This document shows, piece after piece, positions 8,912-17,700 of a stretch of 53,954 bases of DNA. Position numbers and translations under genes: made by a program. The notes under the pieces were generated by a model. That model made no database searches. It saw only the letters and a list, made by a program, of their open reading frames with translations, and was not told the origin of the DNA. Each line of letters starts with the position of its first letter. Positions within the stretch are counted from its first letter, which is position 1. Source of the DNA: an uncultured archaeon (GTDB lineage Archaea; Aenigmatarchaeota; Aenigmatarchaeia; QMZP01); contig CAZCSS010000001.1 in assembly GCA_964501515.1 (NCBI GenBank), forward strand, positions 1 to 53,954, written 5' to 3'.

Positions 8912-9706
8912 TTAACCTATATACCTGAGCTGCTCGCCCTGCTTTACAGGCGCCTTCTGTTCCTTTGTCATTTGCATCAGGGCCTTTCTCTGGAGGTCCT
9001 CTATCTTTCTTATGAATTTCTCCATCTCGGACACTTTCTTCTCGAGCTTGGTCATGTCTATCTTGAGTTTTAACATCTTGGTCAGAATATCCAGAACGAC
9101 CTCGGCTGCCTTTGGGTCAGTCACTATGGGGAAACCGGATGTTTCGCCCAGAAGGGAGATGCCCCTCATATCTCGTTCAGCACCGAGCCCGAGGAGAAGG
9201 CCGGCCGCTCCCACGATGTAACCAATCTTCTTTCCTGCCTCAAACTGTATTCCGTACCCCTGATATTTCTTCAGCAGCGACTTGTCTGTCACGGCTCCCA
9301 GAACCTCTGGCTTGTCCTCGATCTCTCCTGTGGCTATGCCACCTACTGTGAAGATGTCCTTTACCCCGAACTTCTCCACAAAATCCAGGACTGCCTTCAT
9401 AACCTCATAATGGCCGTTCGGGGAAAGGGCCTGGCAGTCGCCTATCAGAAAAATCATATCTCTCTGACCCTTCTTCTTGGCCTTCCAGTAGTAGAATTCA
9501 TTCTTCAGAAGATGAATCTGGTACTCGTCGTGAAGGACAACAAAGGGGAAAAAATGCTGAGAATAGAGCTGGGCGAACTTCTTTGCTCCCAGTTCTTCTA
9601 TGAGATACCCAACAGCCACGCGGCCGATGTTTCCCACTCCAGGAAGGCCTTCAATAAGAACAGGATTCGTGAGTTTGGGCCTCTCGAAGGTTTTTATTAT
9701 AGTCAT
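8912..9706 (-). CDS. Proteasome assembly chaperone (PAC2) family protein
   Basis: NPVLIEGLPGVGNIGRVAVGYLIEEL is the COG1938/PAC2 pattern. The start is set at ATG 9706 (MTIIKTFERP). Confidence 0.8.
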   Translation of the reverse strand: MTIIKTFERPKLTNPVLIEGLPGVGNIGRVAVGYLIEELGAKKFAQLYSQHFFPFVVLHDEYQIHLLKNEFYYWKAKKKGQRDMIFLIGDCQALSPNGHYEVMKAVLDFVEKFGVKDIFTVGGIATGEIEDKPEVLGAVTDKSLLKKYQGYGIQFEAGKKIGYIVGAAGLLLGLGAERDMRGISLLGETSGFPIVTDPKAAEVVLDILTKMLKLKIDMTKLEKKVSEMEKFIRKIEDLQRKALMQMTKEQKAPVKQGEQLRYIG

Positions 9707-10027
9707 GTTAATCTCTTGAATATTGGTCTGGAGATAATAAAAAGGTTTAGATGCAAAGGGCGCTGAAAAAGCAACGCCCCCTGCGTTGATGCTCCTGGCG
9801 GGATTTTCGCACATCCCCTTCATATTTTGATGAACTCTGGAGATTTGAGATGTGAGAGCTCCTGCAAAGGGGATTGTGTTTTTGAACCCGCGTCACAGGC
9901 TTTCTTCGCTCTCATGGGCTGCCGCACAGCAGCGGCAACCTCGAATCTTTCGAGCCGGGCCCGAAAGGCCTGGATCCTTGACCGGACTAGACGACAGGAG
10001 CATAGTTCTGGTTATTTGACACGGATA

Positions 10028-10035
10028 TTTAAAAA
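10028..10035 (+). promoter_or_regulatory. TATA-like box for tRNA-Ala
   Basis: tttaaaaa lies 25-32 nt upstream of the tRNA 5' end at 10060. Confidence 0.5.
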
Positions 10036-10059
10036 TAAATGTGTTCTATTGGTTTATGT

Positions 10060-10376
10060 GGGCTGGTAGATCAATGGTAGATCGCCCGTTTCGCATGCGG
10101 GAGGCTCCGGGTTCGAAACCCTGCTTTAGAGGATGGAACAAAAGGAAAGAATCAATGATTCTTTCTTTCCAGTAATTGCCTTCTGCAAAAAGCAGGGAGT
10201 AAAACCGCAAGCAACGCATAGGTGTCTGATTCCCTGGCAGCGAAGAGGAACGAAGTCCCTGCCCTTGGCATGAGTGCGCACTGCCAAGGGCAGGCACAGC
10301 ACATCTCTCGCAATATGCTGCGAGATTCCTTCGCTCCGTCTGCAGGGAATCTCCTTCGAGAATCCCGGCCAGTCCA
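10060..10376 (+). tRNA. tRNA-Ala(CGC), split as join(10060..10117,10363..10376) by a 245-nt intron at position 59/60
   Basis: The D-arm is GATC/GATC and the anticodon arm is CCCGT-TTCGCAT-GCGGG. The T-stem CCGGG (10107-11) pairs with CCCGG (10364-68). The acceptor GGGCTGG pairs with CCAGTCC (10369-75), giving G3:U70, with discriminator A73. The sequence immediately contiguous with exon 1 gives no acceptor pairing. Confidence 0.85.
10118..10362 (+). other. tRNA intron with a BHB-like junction; 245 nt and highly structured
   Basis: The central helix is TTCG (10112-15) with CGAG (10357-60), flanked by 3-nt bulges AAA and AAT. Internal perfect helices are 10119-27/10189-97, 10145-52/10158-65, 10228-36/10343-51, 10258-70/10282-94 and 10306-12/10319-25. 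Confidence 0.75.
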
Positions 10377-10410
10377 CAACTAATTTTAATACACAACAGA
10401 AAGGATAGTT

Positions 10411-10959
10411 ATGGTCTTCACATTGTACAGCTTTATAGAGGCGCTCTGGCTGATTCTCCCCGCGTACGCAGCCAACGGCCTCACCCCACTGATTGGGAAG
10501 AAAGGTTCCCTGCACAGGGTGGATTTCGGGAAAAGGTTTATGGGAGAGCCCCTTCTGGGAAAGGGAAAAAGCTGGGAAGGCCTTTTTTTCGGAAGCTTTG
10601 TGGGGGCCCTGGTTGCCACGATCCAGATGCTGGCCTTCCCTTATCTTCCGTTTGAAATGTCCCCATTGGAGCTCATGGTTGTTCCCATGACGCCCCTGCT
10701 GGGCCTTCTTCTGGGAGCGGGCGCGCTGACAGGTGACGTGGCCGGAAGCTTCATAAAAAGGAGACTCGGAATAAAGAGGGGTCAGTCTGCTCCGCTGCTC
10801 GACCAGCTGGATTTCCTGGCAGGAGCACTCCTCTTCTCAGGTGTTCTGGTTTCAGTGAAGCTGGAATGGGTTATCATGCTCTTTGTAATCACCCCTGTAA
10901 TTCATATCGCTGCAAGCTTGATAGGCTTCAGGGCCGGCATAAAGAAAAATCCCTGGTGA
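10411..10959 (+). CDS. carS: CDP-archaeol synthase (DUF46/CarS)
   Basis: LPAYAANGLTPL...HRVDFG...GKGKSWEG, followed by multiple TM segments. Confidence 0.85.
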   Translation: MVFTLYSFIEALWLILPAYAANGLTPLIGKKGSLHRVDFGKRFMGEPLLGKGKSWEGLFFGSFVGALVATIQMLAFPYLPFEMSPLELMVVPMTPLLGLLLGAGALTGDVAGSFIKRRLGIKRGQSAPLLDQLDFLAGALLFSGVLVSVKLEWVIMLFVITPVIHIAASLIGFRAGIKKNPW

Positions 10960-11568
10960 CTAGATTCCAAGCGCCCTCTTTATGCTCTCGAACACCTCTT
11001 CTATCCCTCTTTCGGCGTCAATCTCTGTCCATTTCCCAAAAATGTTTTTTTGCAGGAGCTCTTCATAGGCCTCCATGATTCTGGACTGGAATTCGTGGTC
11101 AGACTCGTGCCTGTCAAGTTGTTTCTCCTCTTTCTGCTTTCTTTTTACAGAGGTTTCTACAGAAACCCTGAGATAGATTATGGAATCGGGCCTGGGAATG
11201 TTGATGATTTCTGCAAATCTAAGGGCGTTCCCGAGAGAAAGGGCTTTCATTGCAATGCACTGATAGGCAATCGTTGACGGAAAATGCCTGTCAGCCACCA
11301 CCCATTTTCCATTCGCAAGCATTGAACGGACCCTTTCCATGTCCTTGATCATGTCTGAAGCGTAAAGAAGGAAAAGCGTTATTGGGTTGGGTTCATACTT
11401 TCCAAAGAGGTAGTCCCTGATTGCATTGCCTATTGGATGCCCGTACTCCGGGTAATTAATCCTCTCAGCAGGGATGCCCTTGTTCATGAGGTAGGAAACC
11501 AGCTTCTTGGATTGGGTCTCCCCGCCCGAACCGTTTATGCCTTCGATTACAATAAATCTGCCGCTCAT
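10960..11568 (-). CDS. tmk: Thymidylate kinase
   Basis: FIVIEGINGSGGETQ is a P-loop variant, and the rest follows the dTMP kinase layout. Confidence 0.8.
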   Translation of the reverse strand: MSGRFIVIEGINGSGGETQSKKLVSYLMNKGIPAERINYPEYGHPIGNAIRDYLFGKYEPNPITLFLLYASDMIKDMERVRSMLANGKWVVADRHFPSTIAYQCIAMKALSLGNALRFAEIINIPRPDSIIYLRVSVETSVKRKQKEEKQLDRHESDHEFQSRIMEAYEELLQKNIFGKWTEIDAERGIEEVFESIKRALGI

Positions 11569-12212
11569 TGCTTTCCCTTGAAGTATTCCTCAACTGCTGC
11601 GAGAATCCTCTTGTGGACATCGTCCTTCTCTCCCTCTGCATCCACGTCTATGAGAATGCCCTTTTCCCTGTAATATTTAATCACTGGCTTTGTCTGCTTT
11701 TCATAGACCTCAAGCCTTTCACTGACCACATCAGGCCTCTGGTCATCCCTCTGATAGAGCTTCCCGCCGCACACATCGCAAATGCCTGGTTTTTTTGGCT
11801 TTGCGAAAAGGGTGTTGTATATGGCGCCGCATCTGCTGCATGTCCAGCGATTGGTCATTCTCGCCATCAGGGTATCCCTTGAGGCCACCATGTTCACCAC
11901 CAGCTGTATATTCTCAATCTTGTCCAGCTCTTTGGCCTGAACAAGAGTTCTTGGGAAGCCGTCAAGAATAAAACCCTTTCTGCATTCTTCAGAAGCAAGC
12001 TTGTTTTTCAGGATCTGGATGACAATATTGTCAGGGACCAGATGGCCTTTCTTTATGTATTTATCAGCTTCCCTGCCGAGTTTTGTTCCAGCCTTTATCT
12101 CATCCCTGAAAATCTCCCCTGTTGATATTTTCGGGATGCCGTAATGCTTGGAAATCAGGCCTGCGTGAGTGCCTTTGCCCACCGCAGGGGGACCAAAAAA
12201 AACTATCTTCAT
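11565..12212 (-). CDS. adk: Adenylate kinase, long form with a zinc lid
   Basis: GPPAVGKGT, and lid CSRCGAIYN...CDVCGGKLYQRDDD. Confidence 0.9.
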   Translation of the reverse strand: MKIVFFGPPAVGKGTHAGLISKHYGIPKISTGEIFRDEIKAGTKLGREADKYIKKGHLVPDNIVIQILKNKLASEECRKGFILDGFPRTLVQAKELDKIENIQLVVNMVASRDTLMARMTNRWTCSRCGAIYNTLFAKPKKPGICDVCGGKLYQRDDQRPDVVSERLEVYEKQTKPVIKYYREKGILIDVDAEGEKDDVHKRILAAVEEYFKGKQ

Positions 12213-12272
12213 TCGGATACCTCCCTCAGATTTTGGTTATTATTTGCGCACAGGTTTATAAAGATGTGGCAG

Positions 12273-13214
12273 CTACTTTCCTGTGCTAATGAAATGAGCC
12301 AGAAGCGCCTCAAGTTGTATGTCTTCAGAGCCCCCCTGGTTAAGGCGGAACTCTGTTTCTCCTGTTTTTTCTATGAGTTCGAGTTTTCTGGGATCAGGAA
12401 TGTCCAACTGAAAAATCTGGCGATGGATTTCCCGGATTATATCCTCCCCTGAAAGGCCCTGGTCTGTCAGGAGTGAATGGAGCTTCTTCCTGGCATCGGG
12501 GAATTTGCCGTCAAGGGCGAGGCCGAGCATCTCCTTAACATCAGAGGGCCTGGCCTGGGAGGCTACTTCATAAACGGTTTGGGCAGTTATGCTCCCGGAA
12601 GCGGCGCTTGCCTGGAGAATATTCGCAACCTTCCTCAAATCCCCGCTGGATATGTCATATATGGCCCTGCAGGCATCATCTGAAACATTGAGGGACTCCT
12701 CCTTTGCTATCCTGTTCACATATTCCTTTACATGTTCCTCTGAAAGGTGCCTGAACCGGAAGACGGCTGTCCTGGACTGTATGGGTTCGATAATGCGGGA
12801 CGAATAGTTGGCAGAAAGTATAAACCTGCATGTTCCGGAGAACCTCTCCATTGTCCTTCTCAGGGCCTGCTGGGCCTCCGGGGTAAGGGCGTCGCTTTCA
12901 TCCAGAAAGATTATCTTGAATCTCGAACCCAGTGACATGGTTTTTGCAAAGTCCTTGATTCTTCCCCTGACAATGTCAATCCCCCTCTGGTCGCTTGCGT
13001 TCAGTTCAAGAAAATTCTGATTCCAGTTCTCACCAAAAAGTTCCCTTGCCAGGGCGAGCGAGGCCGTGGTCTTTCCAACGCCTGCAGGGCCTGCAAAAAG
13101 CATATTCGGGACAGACCCCTCCCTGACCCACGCCTTTAGCCTTTCAATTACGTGCTCCTGCCCTATTATTTCGTCAAGGTTTCTGGGTCTGTATTTCTCT
13201 GTCCAGATGTCCAT
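12273..13214 (-). CDS. rfcS: Replication factor C small subunit
   Basis: WTEKYRPRNLDEIIGQ, GPAGVGKTT, FLDESDALT and SRTAVFRF. The start is ATG 13214. Confidence 0.9.
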   Translation of the reverse strand: MDIWTEKYRPRNLDEIIGQEHVIERLKAWVREGSVPNMLFAGPAGVGKTTASLALARELFGENWNQNFLELNASDQRGIDIVRGRIKDFAKTMSLGSRFKIIFLDESDALTPEAQQALRRTMERFSGTCRFILSANYSSRIIEPIQSRTAVFRFRHLSEEHVKEYVNRIAKEESLNVSDDACRAIYDISSGDLRKVANILQASAASGSITAQTVYEVASQARPSDVKEMLGLALDGKFPDARKKLHSLLTDQGLSGEDIIREIHRQIFQLDIPDPRKLELIEKTGETEFRLNQGGSEDIQLEALLAHFISTGK

Positions 13215-13298
13215 TTTCTCATCCTCACGGCGCAGTATGTTTTGCTGACGCAATCAGCGCATTCGGTTAAATAAGATAGGGAATAAATTAATATAAGT

Positions 13299-15179
13299 AT
13301 GGCAAGACTGGCTCAGCTGGTTCTCGGGCTGATGCTCGTTCTTGCGCTCCTGCCACCAGCAGGCGCGCAGGATATCGGTGACTCAGAGGCTGTTGCCTAC
13401 ATGCATGCAGAGGTCATAAGGCAGGGAACAGTCACCCTGAAGGCAAGCACGGGCACTGCCACGGACCTCAACATAACGCTTTCTGTCCCGCAGAACAGCA
13501 CAAGGCAGATATCGTTTGTCAAGGAGCTGAAAGGTCCTGACAATTATGCTATCATAAAAGACAGTTGGGGGAATGACATGATTGTCCTGCAATGGAAGAA
13601 ACCCCCGGTAAACCAGCCTGTTTTTTACAGACTTGTCTCAGATGTTGAGGTGTTTGACAAGGATGTGCACCCTCTTGGAAGGAAATTTGCCACAACGAAC
13701 CTGACAGAGTCTGACTCCGGGATAGCTGAAAAGGCGTTTGGCCTTGCGGCAGGGAAGAGCGGCATACAGGCAATATTCGGCCTTGCCGAGTGGGTTCATA
13801 AGTGGGTGAAATATGACGAAGGCTGCGGTGAATCTGCGCGGTCAGCCCGATGGGCATTCAGGGAGAGAAGGGGCGTGTGCGACGAGTTCTCTGTCCTCCT
13901 TATATCAATGCTCAGGGAGCTTGGGTACAATGCATATTATGTGGCAGGGTATGCTCATTCCAACAAGTGGGGCCAGCACGGCTGGGTGGAGGTTGATTTC
14001 AGGGGGAAGGCGCTCAGCATTGATCCAACATGGATGGAGAGCCCTGTTGATGCCACTCACATAGAACTGGCCAGAATTCCTGATTCCAATTTCACTGAAT
14101 ACATCGAAGTCAAAAGCTCGGGTGTGGCAATAGACTGGGACAAGAAAGAGCCTGAGATCAGGGTGCTGGAATCTGACGAAAGGCCCAGGTTCTATATGGA
14201 TGCGAAGATTGTGCCTGAAAGCATGGGAAGCGGCTCCTATGCGTTGCTCATGGTAAACCTCACTGATGCGAAGCCGGGCAGATGCGTACTTTCCTATGTG
14301 AGGGCAAAGAGCTGCACAGCCGGAGGAGATATTTTCTTCAGCATGGATGAGGCCAACAAGACAGCATCCTTCTGCGGGCAGGGCAGGGTTTACTGGTTTC
14401 TGAAGGCCCCTGAACTTGGAAAGGACGCAATCTATTCATGCCCTGTAACGCTTTATGGAGGAGGTTCCCATGAGGTGGCTGACAGCAGGGCATCTGTAGA
14501 TTATGGAAGGCCTGTGGACATGTATCTTGGAACCATGTCTGTTCTTACACCCGGCCAGAGATTCAATGCTACGGTGAGCATCAAAAACTCCGGAACGAGA
14601 TTTGAGGATGTCGGTGTGTATCTTTTCTTTGGAGGCAGCATTCTTCAGGAAGGGCTGAGAATTCCACCAGGCGAGAGCAGGGCACTTGTCGCCGAGCTGG
14701 CCGCTCCTGGATGCCAGGGCGAATACGGCCTGACCGCATTTTCCTCTTCAGGACAGAAAGCAAAGGAGAATATAACCGTGATTGCCGAAAGGAAGTTTGA
14801 GATAGGGAGCATATCGCTTCCGTCAGAGGTCAGGGTTAATGAAAGCTTCATGATAAACATGACCCTGAAATCCATGGGCAATGAAAGCAGGGCAAGAATA
14901 AGGGTCACAATAGGGGAGAAGACATCTGAGCAGGAGGTTGACACCAGAGAAGGAGCAAGGGTAAACGTCATTGGGAAGCTTGAGCATCCGGGAAGCTTCA
15001 GAGTAAGCATTGCCCTGCTTTCCGGGGACGGGAATTATCAGGGGGGCTGGAGAGGAAGAATAACAGCGGTGAACGAGCTGTCCTTTTTTGATTCAGTGAT
15101 GGAATGGCTTCGGGGCGCTTTATCAGAGATAGCAGCATACTTCAGGGATGTATTCAGCAGCCTGTTTACATCCGGATGA
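13299..15179 (+). CDS. Secreted transglutaminase-like (Cys-His-Asp) domain protein with Ig-like C-terminal repeats
   Basis: Signal peptide MARLAQLVLGLMLVLALLPPAGA. The transglutaminase core is RGVCDEFSVL...HGWVEV...DPTW. Confidence 0.8.
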   Translation: MARLAQLVLGLMLVLALLPPAGAQDIGDSEAVAYMHAEVIRQGTVTLKASTGTATDLNITLSVPQNSTRQISFVKELKGPDNYAIIKDSWGNDMIVLQWKKPPVNQPVFYRLVSDVEVFDKDVHPLGRKFATTNLTESDSGIAEKAFGLAAGKSGIQAIFGLAEWVHKWVKYDEGCGESARSARWAFRERRGVCDEFSVLLISMLRELGYNAYYVAGYAHSNKWGQHGWVEVDFRGKALSIDPTWMESPVDATHIELARIPDSNFTEYIEVKSSGVAIDWDKKEPEIRVLESDERPRFYMDAKIVPESMGSGSYALLMVNLTDAKPGRCVLSYVRAKSCTAGGDIFFSMDEANKTASFCGQGRVYWFLKAPELGKDAIYSCPVTLYGGGSHEVADSRASVDYGRPVDMYLGTMSVLTPGQRFNATVSIKNSGTRFEDVGVYLFFGGSILQEGLRIPPGESRALVAELAAPGCQGEYGLTAFSSSGQKAKENITVIAERKFEIGSISLPSEVRVNESFMINMTLKSMGNESRARIRVTIGEKTSEQEVDTREGARVNVIGKLEHPGSFRVSIALLSGDGNYQGGWRGRITAVNELSFFDSVMEWLRGALSEIAAYFRDVFSSLFTSG

Positions 15180-15181
15180 AA

Positions 15182-15571
15182 TTACTTCCTTAAGATAACA
15201 TTGGTTTTGCAGCCCTTTGCCATGAAGAACTGTTTTGTAAAAGCAGCGGCCTCCTCAGGATCATAATATTTGCAGCTGAATATGTCAATGTATGCGCTGT
15301 TGCTGCGGTTTGCAAAATGGCCTGAGATGAGGGAAGTGTCAATGAGCTGTGTCATCGAGAAACCGGTTGCCTTTTCATCTGACCCGAAGTGCACGATTTG
15401 CGTTTCACCAAACATTTTCATTCCTATTCTTTTGCACAGCTCCTTTACATAGTCCTTTATCTTCTCCTTGTCCCTTATCGTTTCCGGGTCGCAGCCCTGA
15501 AGGTCAATGCATGTCAGGATGCCCCAGACATTCTCGTTCTCGAATCTTCTTTTAAGGCTCATAATGCTCAC
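15182..15571 (-). CDS. speH: S-adenosylmethionine decarboxylase-related proenzyme (SpeH family)
   Basis: About 125 aa. TSLISGHF...AYIDIFSC matches the ESHxxxHTxPE...DxFxC pattern loosely. Confidence 0.6.
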   Translation of the reverse strand: MSIMSLKRRFENENVWGILTCIDLQGCDPETIRDKEKIKDYVKELCKRIGMKMFGETQIVHFGSDEKATGFSMTQLIDTSLISGHFANRSNSAYIDIFSCKYYDPEEAAAFTKQFFMAKGCKTNVILRK

Positions 15572-15632
15572 AATCCAATTTATGGGATTTTGCTTATAAA
15601 AATAATTTATTTCCCGTTCCTAAGTCATCAGC

Positions 15633-16103
15633 ATGATAATCTGCATAACAGGCACCCCGAAAACAGGGAAGACCGAGGTCTCAGGGGCATTGGCCGGGCT
15701 GCTGGGCTGCAGGGTTGTGAACCTCAATGAGTTTGCCAAGCAGAGAAAGCTCTTTTGCGGATATGACAGGAAGAGAGGCGTGAATGTGGTGGACACAGGG
15801 AAGCTGGAGAAGGAGGTGCTCAGAATTTCCGGGAAGGGCGAAAACATCATCCTGGAATCACATTACTCCCATCTTCTCCCCTGCGATGCCATAGTGGTGC
15901 TGAGGACAAATCCGGGGGAGCTCAGGACACGCATGGAAAAAGCAGGGTGGTTTCCTGAAAAGATAGAGGAAAACATAGAGGCCGAAATAATGGAGATCTG
16001 CTTGAGCGAGGCCCTGGAAACAGGGAAAAGGGTTATGGAGGTGGACACCACAGGGAAAACCCCTGAGAAAGTAGCAAGAGAAATCAAGGAGGAATTGTTT
16101 TAA
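15633..16103 (+). CDS. Fap7/AK6-type putative adenylate kinase (ribosome biogenesis)
   Basis: MIICITGTPKTGKTE P-loop and a size of about 155 aa. Confidence 0.7.
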   Translation: MIICITGTPKTGKTEVSGALAGLLGCRVVNLNEFAKQRKLFCGYDRKRGVNVVDTGKLEKEVLRISGKGENIILESHYSHLLPCDAIVVLRTNPGELRTRMEKAGWFPEKIEENIEAEIMEICLSEALETGKRVMEVDTTGKTPEKVAREIKEELF

Positions 16104-16128
16104 ATAAAGAAGAAAAATAAACGATTGT

Positions 16129-16947
16129 ATGTTCAATGCTGTTGCGCTTCTGGGCACTCTGACCGGGATTTTCCTGGCCGCGGGTTTTCTCATCGGGGGG
16201 GTTTTTGGGATGACCGCTGCCCTGGTAATAGCGTTTATAATCAATTTCATATCGTACTGGTATTCTGACCGCATTGTTCTCAGGCTTTACAGGGCCCGGC
16301 CCAGCAAGAGCGTGAGGCTGGGTTCCATAGTGAGCCGGCTCTCAAAAGAGGCCAAGATACCAAAGCCCAGGTTGTATGTCATCCCGCAGAAGGTTCCTAA
16401 TGCATTTGCAACAGGAAGGGATCCCGCACACTCGGCTGTGGCTGTAACAGAGGGGCTTCTGGAATTTGATGATGACGAGATAGAGGGGGTTGTTGCGCAT
16501 GAACTCGCCCACATAAGGAACAGGGACGTTCTTGTTCAGACACTGGCTGCCACGATAGGAGGCGCGATAGCGTATCTGGCGCAGATAGGATACTGGTCTC
16601 TTCTGATGGGAAACAGAAGAGACGGGGGAGGAAATCTTGTCGGTCTTGTGCTTGTGATAATATTTGCCCCGCTTGCTGCAATGTTGATAAGGCTGGCCAT
16701 ATCAAGGTCGCGTGAATACAGGGCTGACAGGACAGGCGCATACTTTTCCAAGAACCCTAATGGGCTGGCATCCGCACTTGAAAGGATATCAAAATACACA
16801 GAAGAGCGGCCCATGAGGGGGTCGAATGCCACGTCCCACATGTGGATTGTCAACCCCTTCCGGGATGACTGGTTTACAAGGATGTTCTCTACCCATCCCC
16901 CTGTGCATGACAGGATAAGGAAACTGAGGGAGATGCATCTTGATTAG
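16129..16947 (+). CDS. htpX: Protease HtpX (M48 family)
   Basis: HELAHIRNRD zinc motif, TM segments, and a C-terminal STHPPVHDRI. Confidence 0.9.
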   Translation: MFNAVALLGTLTGIFLAAGFLIGGVFGMTAALVIAFIINFISYWYSDRIVLRLYRARPSKSVRLGSIVSRLSKEAKIPKPRLYVIPQKVPNAFATGRDPAHSAVAVTEGLLEFDDDEIEGVVAHELAHIRNRDVLVQTLAATIGGAIAYLAQIGYWSLLMGNRRDGGGNLVGLVLVIIFAPLAAMLIRLAISRSREYRADRTGAYFSKNPNGLASALERISKYTEERPMRGSNATSHMWIVNPFRDDWFTRMFSTHPPVHDRIRKLREMHLD

Positions 16948-16956
16948 GAGTATGGA

Positions 16957-17493
16957 ATGAAGAGGCTTCTGCAAAAACTGATAGCCACTGGCGCTGATTT
17001 CAGCACAAGGGCCACGCTTAAGAGCGCGCTCAACTTCATTGGAATCGAGCCATCCAACATAGACAGGCTTTATATGGAACTCAAGAATGACATGTACAGG
17101 AACAGATTCAGCAGAACTCCTCCAAGCAAGAGGATAATCTTCCTGCCGCAGTGCCTCAGAAAGAAGGGGTGTGAAGCAGGGATTGGCGAGTGGGGGTACA
17201 AATGCACAGTGTGCAATCCGAAGTGCAAGGTGGGAAGAATAAAGAGCATGGCCGAGTCACTTGGTTACAGGGTGATAATCGCTCCAGGGGGTTCAATGGT
17301 GATGAAGGCGCTGGAGAGATTCGGCCCGCTGGCTGTGGCAGGCGTGGCGTGCATAAAGGAAATCGTACTGGCAATGGAGAATATAAGAATTCCTGTGCAG
17401 GGGATAGAACTGCTCAGGGACGGCTGCGTGGACACAGACGTGAATCTTGAAGATGTGTTCAGCGTGCTCAGGATGGGAATACCGCATGGGTGA
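16957..17493 (+). CDS. DUF116 family protein
   Basis: IIFLPQCLRKKGCEA...YKCTVCNPKCKVG...IAPGGSMV...GVACIKE. Confidence 0.7.
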   Translation: MKRLLQKLIATGADFSTRATLKSALNFIGIEPSNIDRLYMELKNDMYRNRFSRTPPSKRIIFLPQCLRKKGCEAGIGEWGYKCTVCNPKCKVGRIKSMAESLGYRVIIAPGGSMVMKALERFGPLAVAGVACIKEIVLAMENIRIPVQGIELLRDGCVDTDVNLEDVFSVLRMGIPHG

Positions 17494-17698
17494 AGAGATG
17501 GTAAGAAAGGATATTCTGGAAATGCTGGTGTGCCCGAAGTGCAGGGGGAGTGTCAGGGAAAGGGGAATGTTTCTTGTATGCAGGGTGTGCAAACTGGCTT
17601 ATCCTGTAATAGACAGGGTACCTGACATGACCGCAAAGGATGCATGGAAACTGGACAGGGCTGAGAAGTCAGGATTCAGGCACAGAATGAGGCTTTAG
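17486..17698 (+). CDS. Trm112-like zinc-ribbon protein
   Basis: LEMLVCPKCRGSV...LVCRVCKLAYPVIDRVPDM. ATG 17498 is an alternative start. Confidence 0.7.
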   Translation: MGEEMVRKDILEMLVCPKCRGSVRERGMFLVCRVCKLAYPVIDRVPDMTAKDAWKLDRAEKSGFRHRMRL

Positions 17699-17700
17699 TA

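Noticed and set aside
9826-9900. A C/D box sRNA suggested by TGATGA at 9829-9834
   Set aside because: There is no CTGA D box at a suitable distance, no C'/D' pair and no terminal stem.
10060-10130. The tRNA-Ala 5' part read as a truncated pseudo-tRNA, or as an attL/attR-type tRNA duplication left by an integrated element
   Set aside because: The distal 14 nt are not a duplicate of anything in the 5' part. They supply the missing T-stem and acceptor strands, including G3:U70. The 245 nt between the parts carry no integrase or other ORF, and the junctions fit bulge-helix-bulge geometry.
10112-10362. A MITE-like insertion with a TTCGA target-site duplication in the T-loop
   Set aside because: TTCGA does occur at both junctions, but I found no convincing terminal inverted repeats; only CCCTGC/GCAGGG is shared. 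The initiator tRNA has an unrelated intron at the identical 59/60 site with the same bulges, which favours an intron. This explanation is not fully excluded without comparative data.
10046-10619. Track ORFs of 75-129 aa on the minus strand across the tRNA-Ala locus
   Set aside because: They overlap a tRNA gene and its structured intron, are rich in Cys and Arg, and have no start context. I treat them as chance ORFs in GC-rich structured RNA.
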